NCBI GenBank assembly: GCA_045106895.1
Contig: JBGCFM010000061.1
Span: 1-60,254, forward strand
DNA length: 60,254 nt
Direction: 5' to 3'
Source: Polyangiales bacterium
Lineage (GTDB): Bacteria > Myxococcota_A > Polyangia > Polyangiales > Houyiibacteriaceae
The notes beneath the pieces are model-generated. The model saw only the letters and a program-made list of their open reading frames with translations, had not been told where the DNA came from and searched no databases. Shown one piece after another: positions 1 through 8,752 of this stretch. The translations under genes were made by a program, and so were the position numbers. The stretch's first letter is position 1. Each line of letters opens with the position of its first letter.

Positions 1-33
1 CGCCGCGCTCTCGGAGCGCGGCAAGAGCGTCCC

Positions 34-1569
34 CTACATGCCAGGAGGGCAGCGCGGAGCCGACAGACAAGCCGCGAGCTCCGTTCCGCAGTTTCGCTGA
101 ATACAGCTGAAGTCGCCGCAGGTGAAGAGCTGACCCACCGCACAGTCGATGACCTGGTCGACGAAGAAACGAACATCCGCACAGGCACGAGCGCTGCAGT
201 CGGTGATGCAGCTGAACGAGAACGCGGGTGGGATCATGCCGTTGAAGTCGAAGCAGCCGAAGATGCAGGTCGCGACCTCGATGCAGGTGACGCCAGGACA
301 GGTTCCACAGTCACCGGGACAGTTAGTGCAGCTCTCGAACTCCGATGCTTCGCACACGCCGTTTCCGCAGAACGAACACACACCGCAGTCGGCGGAACAG
401 CTCGCGCAGTCCTCGGTGGCGGAGCAGCGTCCATCGCCGCAGCCCATGCACTGCCCGCAGTCTTGTGGGCACGTGGAGCAGTTCTCGATACCAGGGTTGC
501 AGGTGCCGTCGCCGCAGGAAGGACAGGGGTCACAGTCGGCTGCGCAGGTCAGACAGTCTTCGCCTTCTTCGGCGCGGCAGAAACCATTTCCGCAGGTCTC
601 GCATACGCCACAGTCTCCTGGGCAGGAGTTGCAGTTCTCCGTGTCGGAGCAGCGTCCGTCACCGCAGGTGTCGCAGAGTCCACAGTCAACAGAGCAGCTT
701 GTGCAGTCTTCTGAGTCAGAGCAGGTGCCATCTCCGCAGCGCTCACAGAGGCCGCAGTCTTGTGGGCATGCAGCACAGGTCTCTGCGCCGCGGCAGGTGC
801 CGTCGCCGCATGTGTCGCAAGTTCCGCAGTCCGTGGGGCAGTTGAAGCAGTCTTCGTCCGCCGCGCAGGTTCCATTGCCGCAACGCTCGCACAGGCCGCA
901 GTCATCGGGGCAGGAGCTACAGTCTTCGTCTGCGCCGCACGTTCCGTTGCCGCAGGTCGGGCAGACGCCGCAGTCGCCGGGGCATGTCGTGCAGCTTTCG
1001 TCGGGCTGACACATTCCGTCGCCGCAACCAGGGCAGGCGCCGCAGTCGCGGGGGCACGAGTCGCATGACTCGCGCGCCGTGCACATGTCGTCGCCGCATC
1101 GCTCGCAGGCGCCGCAGTCGAATGCACACGAAACGCAGTCTTCGTCATCGCTGCACATGCCATCGCCACATCCGGGGCAGTCGCCGCAATCCAGCGGGCA
1201 GCTTCGACAGCTCTCACCGGCGGCTTCGTCGCAGAACATGTCTCCGCAGGTGTCGCAGAGGCCGCAGTCCGCTGGGCACTCCTCGCACGACTCACCGATC
1301 TCTCCGCTGCAAAGTCCATCGCCGCAAACGAGGGGGGCTTCGCAGTCTCGAGGGCAGCGCCGGAAATCCTCTCCGGGATCGCAGAAGCCGTTGCCACAAA
1401 ACGACCCGACGTCGGGGACGTTCACATCGAAGGTGATGATATCGATCTGCGCGTCGCGTGGACCTGCGTCCCGTCCGCCAGAGTCGCCGCCGGGTTCCAC
1501 GGAGAGAACAGAACGTCCACATCCGAGGATCAAGAAAGAAAGACAAAGACCGTACTTAAGGGCGCGCAT
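34..1569 (-). CDS. Cys-rich repeat lipoprotein (tandem CG[DN]GxC...ExCxxCPxDCG repeats)
   Basis: 511-aa ORF; signal peptide with lipobox (LILG-C), DAG-type linker, more than a dozen ~25-aa six-Cys repeats typical of myxobacterial surface proteins. Confidence 0.85.
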   Translation of the reverse strand: MRALKYGLCLSFLILGCGRSVLSVEPGGDSGGRDAGPRDAQIDIITFDVNVPDVGSFCGNGFCDPGEDFRRCPRDCEAPLVCGDGLCSGEIGESCEECPADCGLCDTCGDMFCDEAAGESCRSCPLDCGDCPGCGDGMCSDDEDCVSCAFDCGACERCGDDMCTARESCDSCPRDCGACPGCGDGMCQPDESCTTCPGDCGVCPTCGNGTCGADEDCSSCPDDCGLCERCGNGTCAADEDCFNCPTDCGTCDTCGDGTCRGAETCAACPQDCGLCERCGDGTCSDSEDCTSCSVDCGLCDTCGDGRCSDTENCNSCPGDCGVCETCGNGFCRAEEGEDCLTCAADCDPCPSCGDGTCNPGIENCSTCPQDCGQCMGCGDGRCSATEDCASCSADCGVCSFCGNGVCEASEFESCTNCPGDCGTCPGVTCIEVATCIFGCFDFNGMIPPAFSFSCITDCSARACADVRFFVDQVIDCAVGQLFTCGDFSCIQRNCGTELAACLSAPRCPPGM

Positions 1570-1696
1570 ATCGGCGGAATCGTAGCGGATCTCTCAGGGC
1601 GGGCCCACGAATCCGACCAACTTCGTGGGGTTTTTTGCACCTGAGTGAGACAACGCACCCACGACTGCGCCGCGTCTCTTGCGCTATGGTGCGCCG

Positions 1697-2386
1697 GTGA
1701 GTGACTCCAAAGAATCGAAGATCGTCGACGCTCGTTTGCGCTTGAAAGAGCGTTTTGAGTCAAAAGTGGCGAAAACCCCCGCTCAATCGGACGCCGCTCC
1801 CCAGGGCACGGGTCCCACCAACCGTCACGGCATGCCGCAATTGCCTCCGGGGCAGCATCAAGCGAAGGGTTGGCCCGTGCTCGATCTCGGGCGGAAACCC
1901 GATGTCCCCACGGACGAGTGGCGCCTTGAACTCAGCGGCGCATGTGAGCGGCCCCAAGTCCTCGACTGGGCGGGGCTTCAGAATCTCAACGTGGTGGAAG
2001 ATGTCAGCGACTTTCACTGCGTCACCACGTGGTCGCGTTTTGATGTGCCTTGGCGCGGCGTTCGTTTTTCGGAGCTCGCCGCTTTGGCCGGAGTGAACGA
2101 GTCTGCGCACTTCGTGCTCTGTCACGGGTACGACGGTTACACGACGAACGTCTCCCTCGTGGAGCTCATGAAACCCGACGTGCTCCTCGTCACCCACGCG
2201 GACGGCGAGCCTTTGACCCGCGAACATGGCGGACCCGCGCGGCTGATCACCCCGCAGCTCTACGCGTGGAAGGGGACCAAATGGATCTCCAAGATCGAGT
2301 TTCTCGAAACCGACCAGCTTGGGTTCTGGGAAGAGCGAGGTTACTCGAACACAGCGCATCCTTGGCGCGAGGACCGGTACTCCTAG
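1697..2386 (+). CDS. Molybdopterin-dependent oxidoreductase (sulfite oxidase-like / MsrP-YedY family)
   Basis: LPPGQ, DFHCVTTWS, W-x-GV, GEPLTREHGGPARL and YAWKGTKWI motifs; GTG at 1697 taken as start (ORF open from 1679). Confidence 0.9.
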   Translation: MSDSKESKIVDARLRLKERFESKVAKTPAQSDAAPQGTGPTNRHGMPQLPPGQHQAKGWPVLDLGRKPDVPTDEWRLELSGACERPQVLDWAGLQNLNVVEDVSDFHCVTTWSRFDVPWRGVRFSELAALAGVNESAHFVLCHGYDGYTTNVSLVELMKPDVLLVTHADGEPLTREHGGPARLITPQLYAWKGTKWISKIEFLETDQLGFWEERGYSNTAHPWREDRYS

Positions 2387-2583
2387 TGGCGTCTCAGCGC
2401 GCTCTTCGGATCGTACGTCAGGTGCGTGAGGGGAAGGGCGTCGCCGCAACCTTGGAGCTCGCCTGCGGGTGCATCCACACCTTCGACATTAACGCCCATC
2501 GCATCGTCGAGACAGTGACGGGAGAGACGCTCGCCGTCGGCAAATATCCATGTCCAAAGGGGCACGCGCTGGCGCGACGCTAA
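2386..2583 (+). CDS. Small hypothetical protein, possible Zn-binding (CGC-x-H ... CPKGH)
   Basis: GTG overlaps the upstream TAG (TAGTG); 65 codons; 3' part of the 2050..2583 ORF. Confidence 0.6.
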   Translation: MASQRALRIVRQVREGKGVAATLELACGCIHTFDINAHRIVETVTGETLAVGKYPCPKGHALARR

Positions 2584-2617
2584 CCCCAGTGTTCGATTGG
2601 GTGTGCTCACACTGGGG

Positions 2618-4138
2618 TTAGACCAGCATTCCTGCGATGGTCGCAGTCATGCAGGCAGCGAGCGTTCCGCCGATCATCGCGCGCAAACCGAGTCGTGCGA
2701 GGTCGCTACGCCGGTCCGGGGCGATGGCGCTGATGCCGCCGATCTGGATCGCGATGGAGCCGAAGTTGGCGAATCCACAGAGCGCGTAGGTGGCGATCAC
2801 AACGCTTCGGTACTGAAGCTGCACGCCCTCCTTGAGCATCTCAGCGAGGTGCCCGTAGGCGTAGAACTCCGTCGCGACGAGCTTCTCGCCGAGGAGCGTT
2901 CCAATCGTGCCGCAGTCTTCCGGCGCGACGCCCATGGCAAGTGCGAGGGGCTGGAAGACGAAGCCCAGAATGCCCTGCAGTGTCCACGGCGTTAGCTCTG
3001 TACCGAGCCACTCGTTCGCCGCCCACACAGGCAGGCCCAGCATCGCGTTCGCCATCGCCACGAGCGCGATGAAGGCGAGGAGCATCGCGCCCACGTTCAG
3101 GGCGAGCTTTAGCCCTTCGCCGGCTCCGCGCGCGGCGGCGTCGATGAGGTTTGCGTCGACCTTCTCCGACGTCAATTCCGCGCCATTCGCGGTGTCCGGA
3201 GTCTCCGTTTCGGGGAGCATGACCTTCGCGATGACGAGCGCCGCCGGCGCACTTAGGACAGACGCGGCGATGAGGTGTCCGGCGATCTCCGGGAAGTCAT
3301 CTTCAAGCATGTCGACGTACCCCGCGAGCACGCCGCCGGCGACGGTGGCGAATCCGCCAACCATCACAGCGTTCAGCTCGGAGAGCGTCATCTTCGACAC
3401 ATAGGGTTTGATGACGAGGGGCGCTTCGGTCTGACCAACGAAGATGTTCGCCGCAGCGCTCAGTGTCTCGGCGCCGCTCGTTTTCATCGTGCGGCGCATG
3501 AGCCAGGCGAGTCCCGCGACCACCTTTTGAACGAGCCCGAGATAGTAGAGCACCGCCATCAGGGAGCTGAAGAAGAGAATGGTGGGCAGCACGTGAAGCG
3601 CGATGGAGAACCCGCTGTTCATCAGCGCGTCACCGAAGACGAAACGCGAGCCCTCTTCGGTGAACTGCAGAAGCCAGAGCACCGCGTCGTTCAGGAAACG
3701 GAAGAGTGCGAGACCAGGGCCTGTTCGGAGGACGAGGACGGCAAAGGTGAGCTGCAGGCCCACGCCCCAAAGCACGAGGCGCCACGGGAAGAGCTTCCGG
3801 TGGGAAGAGAAGACCCACGCCAAGAAAAGCATGAAGCCAATTCCAAGGAACGAGAGCGCGCGCTGCCACCAGGGCACGGGGGCGGATCGTTCGCGCAACG
3901 ACTGCAGGGCTTCACTGGCGCGTCCCGGCTCTTCAGCACTTGGCTCTTCGGCGCGCGGCTCTTCGGCGCGCGGTTGTGCATGCGAGTCGTCAGAGGGCGC
4001 GCTTGTTTCAGCGGCTTCGCTCGACTCTAGCGGGGGAGGGGCGTCCTCTTGCGCGCTCGCCACCGTCATCAGGGCGAGCAGCGCTAAGAAGCACGCGACG
4101 ACGCGCACGCGCCACATGGAATGCGGGCGCGTCGTCAA
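2618..4138 (-). CDS. nupC: NupC/CNT family Na+/H+-nucleoside transporter
   Basis: AAANIFVGQTEAPL, GGFATVAGGV, YALCGFANFGSIAIQIGG motifs; many TM helices; acidic N-terminal extension; exact start uncertain. Confidence 0.92.
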   Translation of the reverse strand: MTTRPHSMWRVRVVACFLALLALMTVASAQEDAPPPLESSEAAETSAPSDDSHAQPRAEEPRAEEPSAEEPGRASEALQSLRERSAPVPWWQRALSFLGIGFMLFLAWVFSSHRKLFPWRLVLWGVGLQLTFAVLVLRTGPGLALFRFLNDAVLWLLQFTEEGSRFVFGDALMNSGFSIALHVLPTILFFSSLMAVLYYLGLVQKVVAGLAWLMRRTMKTSGAETLSAAANIFVGQTEAPLVIKPYVSKMTLSELNAVMVGGFATVAGGVLAGYVDMLEDDFPEIAGHLIAASVLSAPAALVIAKVMLPETETPDTANGAELTSEKVDANLIDAAARGAGEGLKLALNVGAMLLAFIALVAMANAMLGLPVWAANEWLGTELTPWTLQGILGFVFQPLALAMGVAPEDCGTIGTLLGEKLVATEFYAYGHLAEMLKEGVQLQYRSVVIATYALCGFANFGSIAIQIGGISAIAPDRRSDLARLGLRAMIGGTLAACMTATIAGMLV

Positions 4139-4141
4139 AGG

Positions 4142-5899
4142 CTACTCGTACATTCCTTCGATTTCCGAAGCGAAGCTCTCGTTGACCTTGCGGCGTTTGA
4201 CCTTGAGCGTCGGTGTGAGCTCGCCGTCTTCGACGGTGAAGTTTCGCGACAAGACCGTGAACTTCTTGATCTGTTCCACGCGCGCGAACTTCTCGTTCAT
4301 CGTCGTGACCCAGGACTGAATGTTCTCTTGGAGCTTCGCACTCTCGTGGAGCTTCGAGGCGTCCTCACCGTTGTCGGCTGCCCACGCGGCACCGAGCTCG
4401 GGGTCGATAGTGACGACAGCCGACAAGTACTTGCGCCGGTCGCCGATGACGACAGCTTCGTTGATGAGGTCGTGGTTTTTGAGCTCCGCCTCAATGTTCT
4501 TTGGCGCGATGTTCTTGCCGCCGGCGGTGATGATGATCTCTTTCTTTCGTCCGATGATCTTCAGGAAGTCGCCGTCCCACGCGCCGAGGTCGCCGGAGTA
4601 AAGCCAGCCGTCCTTCAGCGTGTCGTTCGTGGCGCCTTCGTCCTTGTAGTAGCCCAAGAACACGTTTGGACCGCGGACCAAGATCTCTTCGTCGTCCGCG
4701 ATCTTTACCTCGACGCCAGGAACGGCGGGACCGACGGTTCCAAACTTGAACTTGCCGGGCTGGTTGAAGGTGGTGGGGCCGGTGTCTTCGGACTGCCCGT
4801 AAACTTCCATCACAGGAATGTCGAGGCTCGCGAAGAACTCGAGCACCTCCGGCGCGATGGGCGCGGCGCCCGTGACGCAGATTCGCACGCGACCGAGGCC
4901 GACGGCGGGCTTGAGCTTCGAGAAGACGAGCTTGTTCGCGATGGAGTAACCGAAGCCACCTGGGGTGCCGCCGGTGGATCGAATCGCCGTCGCTTCCGTG
5001 CCCTTCTTTCGTGCCCAAGCAACGAGCTTCGCCTTGAAGCCGGTGGCCAGCTTCATCTTCCCAGCGATGCCTGCGTGGAACTTCTCCCAGATGCGAGGAA
5101 CGCCGAAGAAGACTGTGGGCTGCACTTCCTTGAGGTTGTCTGGGACCTTCTCGATGGACTCGGAGAAGTAGACGCTTGCGCCGGACGAGATGGGTCCGTG
5201 AATCGAGAACATCTGCTCGGCGATATGCGAGAGCGGAAGGTACGAGAGCATGCAGTCGCTGTCTTGGAGGGACACCATCTTGACCGCGGCGTCGGCGGTC
5301 CATGCAAGGTTCTCGTGAGAGAGCATCACGCCCTTCGGCGGACCGGTGGTTCCACTCGTGTAGATGAGCGTCGCGAGGTCGTTGGGCTCCAGTGCCGCGA
5401 TGCGTTCGTCGACAACGCTATCTTCGGTGCCGTCTGCCTTGGCGAGAAACTCGTCCCACGACATCGCTCCGTCGAGCTTTGGCGTGCCCTCCATCGTGAT
5501 GATGTGTTTGAGATTAGGAAGGTTCGCGCGCTCACTCTCGATCTTGCGGAACTGGTCTTCGTTCTCGACGAGGATCACTGGGCTCTCGGAGTGATTGACG
5601 ATGTACGCCACTTCCTCCGCGGAGCATGTGGCGTAGATTCCCGCGGGCGCGCCTCCGGCGGCCATCGTAGCGAGGTCCAACACGACCCACTCGGGACGGT
5701 TGAATCCTAGGATGGTGACGGTTTGCTTCGGCTCAAAGCCAAGGGTGATTAGTGCGCGGGTCGCTTGACGGACCTCGGACACGTACTTGCTGTAGCTTGA
5801 CGCTTTCCAAATCCCACTATCCCTCACGTGATATGCGGGTGCGTCTGGGCGCGATTTTGCCTGTTCCATCAGGCGGCTCGGAATTGTTTCGTTCCCCAC
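4142..5899 (-). CDS. Long-chain fatty acid--CoA ligase (AMP-dependent synthetase)
   Basis: IYTSGTTGPPKG AMP-binding motif, YGQSE, SGDLG, GRKKEIIITAGGKNIAP, ELTPTLKVKR. Confidence 0.95.
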   Translation of the reverse strand: MGNETIPSRLMEQAKSRPDAPAYHVRDSGIWKASSYSKYVSEVRQATRALITLGFEPKQTVTILGFNRPEWVVLDLATMAAGGAPAGIYATCSAEEVAYIVNHSESPVILVENEDQFRKIESERANLPNLKHIITMEGTPKLDGAMSWDEFLAKADGTEDSVVDERIAALEPNDLATLIYTSGTTGPPKGVMLSHENLAWTADAAVKMVSLQDSDCMLSYLPLSHIAEQMFSIHGPISSGASVYFSESIEKVPDNLKEVQPTVFFGVPRIWEKFHAGIAGKMKLATGFKAKLVAWARKKGTEATAIRSTGGTPGGFGYSIANKLVFSKLKPAVGLGRVRICVTGAAPIAPEVLEFFASLDIPVMEVYGQSEDTGPTTFNQPGKFKFGTVGPAVPGVEVKIADDEEILVRGPNVFLGYYKDEGATNDTLKDGWLYSGDLGAWDGDFLKIIGRKKEIIITAGGKNIAPKNIEAELKNHDLINEAVVIGDRRKYLSAVVTIDPELGAAWAADNGEDASKLHESAKLQENIQSWVTTMNEKFARVEQIKKFTVLSRNFTVEDGELTPTLKVKRRKVNESFASEIEGMYE

Positions 5900-6056
5900 G
5901 TCGACCTTTCCTTTTTACGTTTTCCAAACGGGCTCCCGCTCGGCGGAGCGCATCATATCCGATCCGCCACGAAAAGTGGTCCTTTGCCTTTCAACAAGTC
6001 CTACCCCCATTGTGGGATGGCACTCCGACCCATTCATGGTAGGTAAACCGTCTACG

Positions 6057-6146
6057 GGAGAAGTGGCCGAGTGGTCGAAGGCGGCGGTTTTGAAAACCGT
6101 TGAACTTGCAAAGGTTCCGTGGGTTCGAATCCCTCCTTCTCCGCCA
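6057..6146 (+). tRNA. tRNA-Ser(TGA)
   Basis: GGAGAAG/CTTCTCC acceptor stem plus GCCA; anticodon arm GCGGT-TTTGAAA-ACCGT; long variable arm; GGTTCGAATCC T-loop. Confidence 0.97.
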
Positions 6147-6197
6147 GAACAATGATTGTTTGCAAACAATCCGCGAGAACACTAAATACCAACCGTA

Positions 6198-6428
6198 ATG
6201 AACGCTGCGCGCCTCGGACATGATCGAACTTGCCCCCACTGCGACTCGCTCGTTCGTGGGGAGCGTCTCCAGGAGGGGACGGCTCGGACATGGCTATGGC
6301 GTTGTGAGTGCGGCTGGAGCCAGCTCGTCAGCGAGTCCGGTGTGCTTCATCGCGGACGCGTGCGTGAGTTGATCGAAGAGGGAACGGGCCCACAGTCGAA
6401 GTCCGCTGCTGACTCCGACTGCAAGTAG
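6198..6428 (+). CDS. Small Zn-ribbon hypothetical protein
   Basis: 76 aa; CPHC...WRCECGW motif; fills the gap between tRNA and aldolase. Confidence 0.6.
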   Translation: MNAARLGHDRTCPHCDSLVRGERLQEGTARTWLWRCECGWSQLVSESGVLHRGRVRELIEEGTGPQSKSAADSDCK

Positions 6429-6509
6429 ACGCCTCGCCCACGATCACGCTGGTTTGTCACAACGCTCTGCGCTAAGTCTTCGCGACCGGATTCACCCGGT
6501 GGAGGTACT

Positions 6510-7415
6510 ATGAGCAAGGTCGAAACGATTCTCGCAAACTATGCAGGCGAAAACCCCGGCGTCGTCGGGAACCTGCGCAGAATGTTGTCCCAAGGGCGAC
6601 TCGCAGGCACGGGCAAGCTCGTGATTCTGCCTGTGGACCAGGGCTTCGAACATGGTCCAGCACGGACGTTCCAGCCGAACCCATCCACGTACGATCCCGC
6701 CTACCATGCGGCCCTCGCCGTCGAAGCTGGGTGTAGCGCATACGCCGCGCCGCTTGGCTTCATCGAGTCCATCGCCGCCGAATACGCGGGCCGCATTCCC
6801 CTGATCCTCAAGGTGAACAACAGCGACAGCCTTGGCGGTCCCGAGGCACCTTGTTCCGCCCTTACCTCAAGCGTGGAGGACGCCCTGCGTCTTGGCTGCA
6901 GCGCCATCGGTTACACGATCTACCCGGGCTCTGAGCACCGAAACGAGATGTACCGCGACCTTCGCGATCTCATCGCCGAAGCGCGCTCCGTGGGTCTTCC
7001 AACGGTGGTTTGGTCCTACGCACGTGGCAACATGCCAAAGGAAGGCGAGACCGCCGTCGACGTCATCGCGTACGCAGCTCAGATCGCGTGTCAGCTTGGT
7101 GCCCACATCGTGAAGGTGAAGCCACCGACGGACGTTGTTTGGCAGGAAGCTGCAAAGAAGCACTACGAGACGATCCCTCACGAGACGCTCACACAGCGGA
7201 TCCAGCATGTCGTTCAGTCTTGCTTCGCCGGAAAGCGAATCGTGATCTTCTCCGGCGGCGCCTCGAAGGGTCGCGACGCGGTCATCGAAGACATTCGCGG
7301 TATCGCGGATGGAGGCGGCTTCGGTTCCATCGTGGGCCGAAACGCATTCCAGCGATCTCATGAAGAGGCGCTCAGCCTCCTGAATGAGATCATGGACATC
7401 TACGCCGCCGCATAA
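6510..7415 (+). CDS. fbaB: Class I fructose-bisphosphate aldolase (DhnA/FbaB family)
   Basis: ILPVDQGFEHGP, GYTIYPGS, LGAHIVKVK (Schiff-base Lys), GSIVGRNAFQR; GGAGG RBS. Confidence 0.95.
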   Translation: MSKVETILANYAGENPGVVGNLRRMLSQGRLAGTGKLVILPVDQGFEHGPARTFQPNPSTYDPAYHAALAVEAGCSAYAAPLGFIESIAAEYAGRIPLILKVNNSDSLGGPEAPCSALTSSVEDALRLGCSAIGYTIYPGSEHRNEMYRDLRDLIAEARSVGLPTVVWSYARGNMPKEGETAVDVIAYAAQIACQLGAHIVKVKPPTDVVWQEAAKKHYETIPHETLTQRIQHVVQSCFAGKRIVIFSGGASKGRDAVIEDIRGIADGGGFGSIVGRNAFQRSHEEALSLLNEIMDIYAAA

Positions 7416-7923
7416 GCAGCGCGAGTCCCATCGCGAACACAAGCGCCGGGCTGCCTTCCGAGGCGCCCGGCGAGAGCACCGCGCAGTCTTCACTAGGCGG
7501 CGACACCGGTTCGGGCTCCGGGTCGGGGCCCGGATCGACGGGAACGACCCCGGGACCGAGTTCCATCAGGTCGGCTTCCGCGTCGCTAAGAAGCGCCGTG
7601 CGTTCGCAGATGCTCGTCTGGAGACGTTCCCCATCCAGGCGGGCAAACACGAGGTAGATCTCGCCGTCCTGAAAGTCGAAGCGACAGGTGCCGGGCCCCG
7701 TGTCGATTTCCAGCTCTTCGACGTCGCCGACGCCTTTCCATTGCTGGGTGATTCGAAAGGTGGCTCCCTCGCTCGAGAGTTCCTGAATTCGTCCCTCGAA
7801 GATGACATCGGACTGTTCGCGGGCTCGTTCCAGCGAAGGGGCGGTGCAATCGCACGCAAAAACGTCCGAAGAGAGGCCCAAAATCGAGGCAATAATGGCG
7901 AGACCGGCGGCTATCGCACGCAT
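7390..7923 (-). CDS. Secreted TIMP/NTR-like protein with MYXO-CTERM-like anchor
   Basis: ATG 7923 with AGGAG RBS; signal peptide ending VFA then CDC; DVIFEG...WKG...C...F..GE.YLVFA pattern; Pro-rich linker, Cys, TM helix, RRRR tail. Confidence 0.75.
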   Translation of the reverse strand: MRAIAAGLAIIASILGLSSDVFACDCTAPSLERAREQSDVIFEGRIQELSSEGATFRITQQWKGVGDVEELEIDTGPGTCRFDFQDGEIYLVFARLDGERLQTSICERTALLSDAEADLMELGPGVVPVDPGPDPEPEPVSPPSEDCAVLSPGASEGSPALVFAMGLALLMRRRRCP

Positions 7924-8004
7924 GTTGTTGACACTCCTGAAAGGCGAGGCTAATAACCGCGCTCTGCGCAGCCTACCAGGCTGCATTGACATTGATTGTT
8001 TTTT

Positions 8005-8099
<95 letters not shown>

Positions 8100-8135
8100 G
8101 TCTGAGGTGTAGATCAAAAAGGATGACTGTCGTCC

Positions 8136-8163
8136 TTGACGGTATCGCACCTTAGGTTATGTT
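8136..8163 (+). promoter_or_regulatory. Putative sigma70 promoter of tRNA-Arg
   Basis: TTGACG-N16-TATGTT about 35 nt upstream of the tRNA. Confidence 0.5.
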
Positions 8164-8198
8164 CCGCTCGCTCGTGAACACGAGTGATTTTGAAACAA

Positions 8199-8275
8199 GG
8201 ATTCGTAGCTCAATTGGATAGAGCGCCGGTCTACGGAACCGGAGGTTGGAGGTTCGAGTCCTCCCGAGTCCGCCA
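8199..8275 (+). tRNA. tRNA-Arg(ACG)
   Basis: GGATTCG/CGAGTCC plus GCCA; anticodon arm CCGGT-CTACGGA-ACCGG; TAGCTCAATTGGATAGAGC D-arm. Confidence 0.97.
8226..8275 (+). repeat. attL core (3' 50 nt of tRNA-Arg)
   Basis: CCGGTCTACGGAACCGGAGGTTGGAGGTTCGAGTCCTCCCGAGTCCGCCA, identical to 11979..12028. Confidence 0.95.
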
Positions 8276-8319
8276 CGCCGATGACCCCTGAAATACAGGG
8301 TTCATCGGCGCTTTTATTT
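8276..8319 (+). terminator. Intrinsic terminator after tRNA-Arg (element-encoded)
   Basis: CGCCGATGAcCCCTG-AAATA-CAGGGtTCATCGGCG hairpin followed by CTTTTATTT. Confidence 0.75.
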
Positions 8320-8752
8320 GTGCTGACATCATCGTCTGACGAAGGGCCAGTGGGTGCAGTCATGGGTACGGTGGGTGTAGCTACGAGGCCGTCCCGCACC
8401 TCCTCGTCGAGCAGGCGGGCGTAGTGGCGCTGCGTCACAGCAATGCCGCTGTGACCAAGCCAACGGCTCACCTCGAGCATGTCCAGCCGCCGCGTGAGTA
8501 GGCCGCGCTCGACCCATGCTCCGGTGAGCAGAAGCGATCCGCAGGTTGTCCGTAGAGAGCCCAGCGTGATGCCTCGGTCCTGCAGTCCCGCCGCTTGCGC
8601 CGCTTCCCCAATGTGTGCGTCATAGCTTCGGGCATGAGGTCCCTTGCGCCTAGACGGCCAGATGAGTCCACCAGGCTTTCCGCCGGACTCCTTTCGCCAG
8701 GCTTCCAAGATCGCGCGCGCGGGCTCCAATAGGTGCAGCATGGTAGCTTCGG

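Larger units (their letters stand above)
8157..8741 (-). pseudogene. Tyrosine recombinase/integrase remnant (C-terminal catalytic half), reading through the att core
   Basis: ITLGSLRTT (degenerate HxLRHT box), VSRWLGHSGIAVTQRHYARL (LGH...Y box); N-terminal DNA-binding part and first catalytic Arg absent. Confidence 0.8.

Noticed and set aside
149..1585. Long plus-strand ORFs rich in Gln/Ser/Pro
   Set aside because: Antisense shadows of the Cys-rich repeat gene
1604..1636. Terminator-like hairpin with T tract in a divergent intergenic region (possible attenuator)
   Set aside because: No upstream plus-strand gene, aptamer or leader peptide recognisable; insufficient evidence
3927..3971. 15-bp tandem repeat (three copies) in nupC
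   Set aside because: In-frame (R/S)AEEP linker expansion in a disordered N-terminus; no sign of phase variation
4121..5710. 529-aa plus-strand ORF (and similar long antisense ORFs over polA, recA, glmS and the kinases)
   Set aside because: High-GC shadow frames opposite well-supported genes, with no motifs
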